This document shows positions 8,642-14,777 of a DNA stretch of 14,777 bases, in pieces (within the stretch, counting starts at the first letter, position 1; each line of letters begins with the position of its first letter). The position numbers and the translations under genes are program-made. This stretch comes from Pseudomonadota bacterium (lineage in GTDB: Bacteria; Bdellovibrionota; Bdellovibrionia; Bdellovibrionales; SG-bin7). The stretch is taken from positions 1 through 14,777 of the forward strand of contig JAWXAY010000077.1 in the NCBI GenBank assembly GCA_034439715.1, read 5' to 3'. The notes beneath the pieces are model-generated. The model was not told the DNA's origin. It saw only the letters and a list, made by a program, of their open reading frames with translations, and made no database searches.

Positions 8642-8670
8642 TTGAATGTTCGCTGGCAACTTGATAGATT
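8642..8670 (+). promoter_or_regulatory. Candidate sigma70 promoter for the ABC exporter pair
   Basis: TTGAAT (8642-8647), 17-bp spacer, TAGATT (8665-8670), with extended -10 TG at 8662-8663; ATG at 8681. Confidence 0.55.
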
Positions 8671-8680
8671 AAAAACCTCT

Positions 8681-10450
8681 ATGAGTCTTAAAAATCCCTT
8701 TCGCTTTTATATTTCACGCAATAGAAAAGCCTTTTCGTTAGGCATTTTTGCATTGTTGCTGACAAATATTTTCGATGGACTTTCGCCCCTCATCCTTAAG
8801 CGAGCTGTTGACGATTTGACGGCCAACAAGACAACCCATGAAATTCTACCTAATTTGGCTGTTTTCCTTTTTCTTATTATTGGCACTGCAATATCTAGAT
8901 ATTTTTGGCGAATATATTTTGGACGTCACCATCATGCGGCTGCTGAGGACTTGCGCAATCGGATTTTTGCAAAACTTACGGACTTAGGGCCAAGTTTTTT
9001 TGAAAAACGCCCCGTCGGTCAACTCATGAGTCTCATTACCAATGACGTTCAGTCATTTCGCATGGGAGTAGGTCCCGCGCTTTTAATGACGTTTGATTCT
9101 TTGTTTATTATGGCCACTGCAATACCCATTATGATCTATCTCTCCCCCCAGTGGACGATGAAGGCTTTCGTAGTCCTCCCCTTTTTACCTTTTTTGGTTT
9201 GGAAACTCGAACGCCTTATTCAATCGCGTTTTCGTACTAAACAAGATAAATTTTCGGAAGTCTCGGGGGTTGCCCAAGAAATTATTTCGGGAATTCGAGT
9301 CATTAAAGGTTACGCCCAAGAAAAAACTCATACACAGCATTTTAACAAATCCAGTAAAGAATTTGAAAACTCCTCCAACCGAGTGTCCACGGTTGAGGCA
9401 ATGTTGGAGCCCTCACTGCGTGTTGGAGTCATCGTCGGAATCGTTATCTTGTTTTTTGTCGGTGGCAAGGACGTGATAAGTGGCACCGTAACTCTAGGAA
9501 CATTTGTAGCCTTTTTCCATTACATCCATAAACTAAGTTGGCCCATGGTTGAAATCGGTTACTCAGTATCAATGATTATGGAGGCTCGCGCCTCTTTTGA
9601 GCGCATATCAGAAGTCCTCAACTATCCTCCTGACGTCGTAGACAGTGGCCTTGTTACTCCCCTTGAGTTTGAGTCTCTTGAGTTTCGAAATCTTTCTTTT
9701 CGTTACCCCACCGGGACCATTCCGGCACTAGAAAACGTGTCATTCAGCATTAGTCGCGGTGAAACTCTAGGAATTTTTGGAGCAATAGGATCTGGCAAAA
9801 CTACAATAGTTCATTTGTTGTGTCGGCTTTTTAATCCTACTTGTGGTCACATTTTTTTAAACGGACATTCATTAGAGACAATACAATTGAGCCAATTAAG
9901 AAATATTATTTGTTTAGTACCACAAAACGTATTTTTATTTGGCGATTCCGTAGCCTCTAATTTCTCTTTAGGGGTCCCAGATTCGGTCGAGCAAGAATAC
10001 GTTGAGAAGTATGCGAAACTTGTAAATATTCACGATGAAATTGTTTCTACTTCAGCAGGCTACAACACAATTTTAGGAGAAAGAGGCATAAATCTCTCTG
10101 GCGGCCAGAAGCAACGATTAAGTATTGGCCGCGGACTAATACGAAACAGCCCGGTGGTAATACTCGATGATGTATTAAGTGCCGTGGACGCAGAAACCGA
10201 ACGAAAAATTCTTGTCAATCTTAACGAAAACGTTTTCAAAGATCGACAAAACAAAACTACAATTATTATTTCCCATAGAATAGTATCCATGGAAAACTGT
10301 GATAAAATTGTGGTGTTAGACGCCGGCAAAATTGTGGCAATCGGAAGCCACCAAGAACTCGTCGCCACCTGTCCCTTCTACCACTCGGTTCTCAAGCTCC
10401 AAACCGGACAACCACCCCATGTTAAAAATAGGGGAGCTCCCCTATGTTAA
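8681..10450 (+). CDS. Type IV ABC exporter subunit 1 (TMD+NBD), BmrC/YheI/MdlA-like half of a heterodimer
   Basis: N-terminal multi-pass TMD; Walker A GAIGSGKT; Q-loop VPQ; signature LSGGQ; non-catalytic Walker B ILDD; D-loop SAVD; H-loop SHR. Start placed at ATG 8681 (MSLKNPF) because the ORF-track TTG at 8642 coincides with the candidate -35 box. Confidence 0.93.
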   Translation: MSLKNPFRFYISRNRKAFSLGIFALLLTNIFDGLSPLILKRAVDDLTANKTTHEILPNLAVFLFLIIGTAISRYFWRIYFGRHHHAAAEDLRNRIFAKLTDLGPSFFEKRPVGQLMSLITNDVQSFRMGVGPALLMTFDSLFIMATAIPIMIYLSPQWTMKAFVVLPFLPFLVWKLERLIQSRFRTKQDKFSEVSGVAQEIISGIRVIKGYAQEKTHTQHFNKSSKEFENSSNRVSTVEAMLEPSLRVGVIVGIVILFFVGGKDVISGTVTLGTFVAFFHYIHKLSWPMVEIGYSVSMIMEARASFERISEVLNYPPDVVDSGLVTPLEFESLEFRNLSFRYPTGTIPALENVSFSISRGETLGIFGAIGSGKTTIVHLLCRLFNPTCGHIFLNGHSLETIQLSQLRNIICLVPQNVFLFGDSVASNFSLGVPDSVEQEYVEKYAKLVNIHDEIVSTSAGYNTILGERGINLSGGQKQRLSIGRGLIRNSPVVILDDVLSAVDAETERKILVNLNENVFKDRQNKTTIIISHRIVSMENCDKIVVLDAGKIVAIGSHQELVATCPFYHSVLKLQTGQPPHVKNRGAPLC

Positions 10451-12192
10451 AGGCTCTCTATCAGTTTTTACCTTTTGTTGCCCGCTATAAAGTTTGGGCC
10501 ATTTCGGTTGTGGTTTTTGTAGTTCTGCAGTCGGCAGTCGCAAGGTGGCTACCAATAATTGTCGGAAAAGTTATTGACCAGGGAATAGCCGCCGGAAATC
10601 TTAATTATATTAAAAAATGGGCATTAATTTATCTTTTTATCCAGGCGGTAAGTTCGACGCTTCTATACATTCAAACTATTTCCTTTCAGAAACTAGGAAA
10701 TAAAATTCTATTTGATATCAGGGAAAAACTGCTTTCCCATGTGCAAAACCTACCAACCACATACTTTGACAAAAACCCCACGGGCCGGATTGTCACTCGT
10801 GTGACAAATGATGTTTCAAGTCTTGGCGCATTTTTTAATCAAGTTCTTTTTAGTCTCTTCACAAGTTTTGTGGAGTTTTTCGCAATTATCATAGCGATGG
10901 CCTTTATTTCTCTAAAGTTGTCTCTGGTTTGTTTAGTCTTCTCTCCATTAGTGGCCTTTATTACTATTAAGCTGACCCGTAAAATAAAAATAATTATCGA
11001 ACAGCAGAAGTCAAAGCTTGCTTCAATCAATGCCTTTGTGGCCGAAAATATAAATGGGATGTCGTTGCTGCAACTCTACAACCGTGTGCCAGCCAATCTT
11101 TCAAAATTTAAGGCAAATTCCCGGGAGTATAAAGAGATCTCACTTAAGATGACTCACAATTACGCTTTGCTTTGGCCGCTGATGCACTTTTATACGGCCC
11201 TAGCGGTACTAATTTCTATTTTTTATGGAACACATCTTAAGACTACCCAGTCATTGCAAATTGGGCTCTTAGTGGCCTTCTTTCTTTATGTTCAAGATAT
11301 CCATCATCCGTTGACAAATTTTCTCGAAAAATATGTGCAGCTTCAAGATAGCCTCACAAGCGCCGAGCGCATTTTTACCCTAATGGCAGAAAAAACTGAA
11401 CTTCGCTCCAATTACCTCCCTCCCCCAAAAATTCGTGGCCATGTCGTAATAAAAGATCTGAGCTTTCGATATAACTCCAATAGTCGCTGGGTGCTTGAAA
11501 ATCTAAACCTTGAAATAAAACCAGGGGAAAGTTTGGGAATAGTGGGAAAAACCGGAAGTGGTAAGTCCAGTTTGATTTCGCTACTTCAGAGGTTCTATGA
11601 TTTTGAGTCAGGTCAGATAATTGTTGATGGACAAGATATTCGAGGATTTTCATCTGAACTATGGCGAAAACATATCGGAGTCGTTCAGCAGGATCCTTTT
11701 ATTTTTAAGGGAACAATCGCTTCCAACATTAATTTAAATTGTTCAGCTATCACCCGAAAACACATTGAAGAGTCAGCTCAGTTGGCACAATGTTTTGGTC
11801 TGTTTCAATCTCGAATTGGTGGACTTGATTGTCCTGTTGAAGAAAAAGGAGCAAATCTTAGTCTTGGCGAGCGTCAGTTGATCGCCTTTGCCCGGGTACT
11901 TGCCTTCGATCCAGATATACTTATTCTGGACGAGGCCACCGCCAACATTGACTCCCATACTGAGTTTCTCATTCAGAAGGCTATCCAAAAAGTGACCGAA
12001 AGCCGAACCAGCATCATTGTTGCCCATCGCCTGTCGACCTTACAAGATTGCCACCGAATAGCAGTGATCGAGAACCATAAAATTATTGAGCTGGGCAGCC
12101 ACCAAGAACTTATGAATTCAAAGGGGCATTATTATCATTTGCACACCAAACATTTCAATCCGTCCAGCCAAAAAGATCTTTTGATAACTTAA
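10444..12192 (+). CDS. Type IV ABC exporter subunit 2 (TMD+NBD), BmrD/YheH/MdlB-like half of a heterodimer
   Basis: YFDKNPTGRIVTRVTNDV coupling region; Walker A GKTGSGKS; degenerate signature LSLGE; canonical Walker B ILDEATA; AHRLST; 7-nt overlap with the upstream gene and SD GGGGAG. Confidence 0.94.
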   Translation: MLKALYQFLPFVARYKVWAISVVVFVVLQSAVARWLPIIVGKVIDQGIAAGNLNYIKKWALIYLFIQAVSSTLLYIQTISFQKLGNKILFDIREKLLSHVQNLPTTYFDKNPTGRIVTRVTNDVSSLGAFFNQVLFSLFTSFVEFFAIIIAMAFISLKLSLVCLVFSPLVAFITIKLTRKIKIIIEQQKSKLASINAFVAENINGMSLLQLYNRVPANLSKFKANSREYKEISLKMTHNYALLWPLMHFYTALAVLISIFYGTHLKTTQSLQIGLLVAFFLYVQDIHHPLTNFLEKYVQLQDSLTSAERIFTLMAEKTELRSNYLPPPKIRGHVVIKDLSFRYNSNSRWVLENLNLEIKPGESLGIVGKTGSGKSSLISLLQRFYDFESGQIIVDGQDIRGFSSELWRKHIGVVQQDPFIFKGTIASNINLNCSAITRKHIEESAQLAQCFGLFQSRIGGLDCPVEEKGANLSLGERQLIAFARVLAFDPDILILDEATANIDSHTEFLIQKAIQKVTESRTSIIVAHRLSTLQDCHRIAVIENHKIIELGSHQELMNSKGHYYHLHTKHFNPSSQKDLLIT

Positions 12193-12207
12193 CCCGATCG
12201 AATTTAT

Positions 12208-13335
12208 TTACAGTTTAATACAATCGTATTTAAAGTGAATATTAGTGTTTGGAGGTAAAGTTTGGCTAAACTTTACGGTGTTAGTCACGGCATCATAGGT
12301 AATCGTTAGTCCCGCAATTGTGGGCGTGACATCAACATCAACCAAATTATCAATGGGTTTACATGCTAGTCCCTTTGAGTTTACTTGATCCTGAATATTA
12401 TAGCCTATCGCACCAAGCTGAGCGCCATAATCCGAAGAACAAATGCTGCCAATCACTCCTTTTGTCATGTTGGCGAGTTTGGCATAAACGGTCCCATAAT
12501 ATCCTCGTACAGTTCGAGTTCCAAAAACTCTTACCTGAGCATTCAGACAGGTTTCGTCGCCAGGCTTAACGATAATGGCATGAGCACTAAAGGTTTTATC
12601 TACTCCGAATTTACTCTTTACTGCAGCAACTAAGCCTTCAGGCATATCTTTTTCTTCAAGGGGATAACCTGGAGCACTCCCACCTTGAGAACGTTCGTCT
12701 TCGTCTGCCAAAATAACCAATGCTAAGTGAGCCTTTGCCCTAAAAAAGTTAGAATCTGCTCGCTCTACGGCTAAACGAGCAGCATACACACCTCGTTCGT
12801 CGGGTGAGGGGCAGTAGTTCCAACTAAAATCATTTTGTTCACAGCTTATAGTTTCAGGTCTCTGCACTGTATTATAGAAAAGACTTTCTTTGTTCGTAGT
12901 ATCTCTCGTCAAAACCGAAATGCCAGGCGCGAATGGAATAAACTTACCGTCCTGAAAGGCTCCGTTGCCATTGGCTGGCTTTGGGCCATTGGCTTGCCCA
13001 CTGATCATACTTGCCGAAACGTCAGTAGTTGTTATTGCAATATGGTAATCTAAATTTGCCAGTGACTGAAGAAAGTTTGGAAAGCGCCCAGCCATTTGGG
13101 CTTGTTCTGGCGACATTGAGCCCGAGTTATCGTCTACAATAAGGATGTCGACAATTCCTGAACCAACCTTTATGTCATACTCAAAGCGCTCGACATTGTC
13201 CGAAATTAACGTACAAGCCAGGCTGGAGTTTTGGCACTTGTTAAAATCCTTGTTGGCCTCAAATGCAACTTTTGAGCAGCCAACGGCCAGCAAAACTACA
13301 AATGTTCCTTGGAATAAACGTCTAATAATCAACAT
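12208..13335 (-). CDS. Lipoprotein with a VWA-like (MIDAS) domain, Cys-rich; putative surface adhesin or gliding-type protein
   Basis: Basic N-terminus, hydrophobic core and lipobox LAVG|C; MIDAS DILIVDDNSGSM (DxSxS), IAITTTD, LVILADEDE; eight further Cys likely in disulfides; SD GAGGG. Confidence 0.8.
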   Translation of the reverse strand: MLIIRRLFQGTFVVLLAVGCSKVAFEANKDFNKCQNSSLACTLISDNVERFEYDIKVGSGIVDILIVDDNSGSMSPEQAQMAGRFPNFLQSLANLDYHIAITTTDVSASMISGQANGPKPANGNGAFQDGKFIPFAPGISVLTRDTTNKESLFYNTVQRPETISCEQNDFSWNYCPSPDERGVYAARLAVERADSNFFRAKAHLALVILADEDERSQGGSAPGYPLEEKDMPEGLVAAVKSKFGVDKTFSAHAIIVKPGDETCLNAQVRVFGTRTVRGYYGTVYAKLANMTKGVIGSICSSDYGAQLGAIGYNIQDQVNSKGLACKPIDNLVDVDVTPTIAGLTITYDAVTNTVKFSQTLPPNTNIHFKYDCIKL

Positions 13336-13371
13336 TGAATTTTCCCTCTCTTACAAGTCCACTCTCACATA

Positions 13372-13388
13372 TCCAATATGCGTGCCAA
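13372..13388 (-). promoter_or_regulatory. Candidate sigma54 (-24/-12) promoter for the VWA lipoprotein
   Basis: Minus strand TTGGCACG-CATA-TTGGA versus consensus TGGCACG-N4-TTGCW: perfect -24 box and spacing, with GG for GC at -12. Predicted +1 near 13361, about 26 nt before the ATG. Confidence 0.7.
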
Positions 13389-13401
13389 TAGAGGCATTGG
13401 T

Positions 13402-13414
13402 TAAGTATTTGAAA
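13402..13414 (-). promoter_or_regulatory. IHF-like site between the sigma54 promoter and a putative enhancer
   Basis: Minus strand TTTCAA-ATAC-TTA versus WATCAA-N4-TTR (1 mismatch), with an upstream A-tract; about -41 to -53 from the predicted +1. Confidence 0.45.
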
Positions 13415-13479
13415 TTTAAGGGTTTTATTTATTTGCTCTGATCTTTAGATTCGTTAAAATCTCTGTTTTCTGTATTAAG

Positions 13480-13520
13480 TTCATATATTTAACAAACATA
13501 TGTCTTTTCATATATTTAAC
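13480..13520. repeat. Perfect 14-bp direct repeat TTCATATATTTAAC x2 flanking palindrome ACATATGT
   Basis: Copies at 13480-13493 and 13507-13520 (27-bp period); ACATATGT at 13496-13503. Confidence 0.85.
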
Positions 13521-13644
13521 GCATTACATTCTTCTTATAAATTGCCAAAATTGTCACTTGTGTGGCGCCTCCTGGGCAGTTTTGATCTTTTTCCTAAATT
13601 AAACCATATACTTTAGAACTTGCGCTCAGATAAAATTACGCCTG

Positions 13645-14082
13645 ATGTCTCGATTAATCCTAATTCTAGTTCTTTTGGCATCGTCAATTTTTATGACTCA
13701 TATTCTTTGGCTTGATTTCAAGGAAGACCAGCTACCTTCAAAAAAATTCACGCATCTTTGGCAAAAAGATTTGGACTACCTAAGTACCTTAAAGGGATTT
13801 CCTAAATGGAATGAAATTCAAAGTGCATCTTTCGTTTCTGGTAACCATCTCGCAAGGTCCTTATTACTGCAAGCAAACCTACCGCGCCAATTAGTTGACG
13901 TCCAAAATAGAAGTAAAATTGTTTTTTCGAAAAGCTCCGCCAGTAGTAACCGTTTTAAGCTTGAGGTCGTTTTGGTTTCTTGGAAGGATGCAAATAAAAC
14001 AGGAACAGTCGTACAGTATGAATTATTGGATGGTAAAACCAAAAACAAACTGTGGGAATTTAGTCGCACCTTGATTTTTTAA
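13645..14082 (+). CDS. Hypothetical protein, N-terminal membrane anchor or signal peptide, 145 aa
   Basis: MSR followed by hydrophobic LILILVLLASSIFMTHILW and a soluble alpha/beta region ending VVQYELLDGKTKNKLWEFSRT; fills the gap before the rRNA terminator. No family recognised. Confidence 0.75.
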   Translation: MSRLILILVLLASSIFMTHILWLDFKEDQLPSKKFTHLWQKDLDYLSTLKGFPKWNEIQSASFVSGNHLARSLLLQANLPRQLVDVQNRSKIVFSKSSASSNRFKLEVVLVSWKDANKTGTVVQYELLDGKTKNKLWEFSRTLIF

Positions 14083-14095
14083 TTCAATTTTTTTT

Positions 14096-14138
14096 AAAAA
14101 AAAGCCCAGTCACTCCCTTTTTGAGGTTGTGACTGGGC
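14096..14138 (-). terminator. Rho-independent terminator of the rRNA operon
   Basis: 10-bp perfect stem GCCCAGTCAC (14104-14113) / GTGACTGGGC (14129-14138) followed on the minus strand by U8 (A-run 14096-14103); about 10 nt past the 5S 3' end. Confidence 0.9.
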
Positions 14139-14148
14139 CGTAAATAGA

Positions 14149-14265
14149 GCTGGCATTGTGCTACTCTCCCACAGTCTTTCGACTGCACTACCATCGCCGC
14201 TAGCGGGCTTAACTTCTGAGTTCGGAATGGGATCAGGTGTGGCCCCGCCGCTAATAACGCCAGCA
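14149..14265 (-). rRNA. rrf: 5S rRNA
   Basis: Minus strand contains CACCTGATCCCATTCCGAACTCAGAAGTTAAG and GGGAGAGTAG; terminal helix GCTGGC/GCCAGC; ~117 nt. Ends are +/-2 nt. Confidence 0.97.
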
Positions 14266-14344
14266 AATCAATTCTAAATAAAAAGTAATATGTAAGTGAA
14301 TATTGGTGATCTTTAGCAGAGACAATTTCTAAAGTATATTTATT

Positions 14345-14777
<433 letters not shown>

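Noticed and set aside
13336..13644. CRISPR array, mobile-element end or replication origin in the AT-rich intergenic region
   Set aside because: Only two 14-bp copies with a 13-bp gap; no cas, transposase or integrase gene, and no DnaA-box cluster seen.
443..14069. Short antisense or alternate-frame ORFs in the ORF track (e.g. 829-1083, 6714-7016, 8072-8395, 10060-10368, 13145-13441)
   Set aside because: They are nested in or largely overlap well-supported genes and have no recognisable motifs; shadow ORFs.
14266..14344. tRNA or other RNA in the 23S-5S spacer or after the 5S
   Set aside because: The AT-rich ~80-bp spacer has no cloverleaf or T-loop, and the terminator follows the 5S directly.

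Overview
This ~40% GC bacterial window probably comes from a Bdellovibrionota or related deltaproteobacterial lineage; that is inferred from gene content, not from a database search. On the minus strand is a tightly coupled operon encoding only the soluble, Fe-S-bearing arm of respiratory complex I (nuoB, fused nuoCD, nuoE, nuoF, a short nuoG, nuoI), with no nuoA, nuoH or nuoJ-N. The operon ends in an unannotated ~324-aa gene that aligns by eye to the IscS/NifS cysteine desulfurase fold. It has lost the PLP- and substrate-binding residues I could check but keeps the catalytic-loop cysteine, making it a candidate pseudo-desulfurase or complex I assembly factor and the main finding here. Downstream is a secreted subtilisin-like S8 protease with a candidate sigma28 (FliA) promoter. 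Divergent from nuoB is a heterodimeric type IV ABC exporter pair with one degenerate ATP site, which converges on a VWA/MIDAS lipoprotein. That lipoprotein's upstream region has a sigma54-like promoter, an IHF-like site and a perfect 14-bp direct repeat. A small membrane-anchored hypothetical protein follows, and the window ends with the 3' end of a minus-strand rRNA operon (partial 23S, 5S, terminator).
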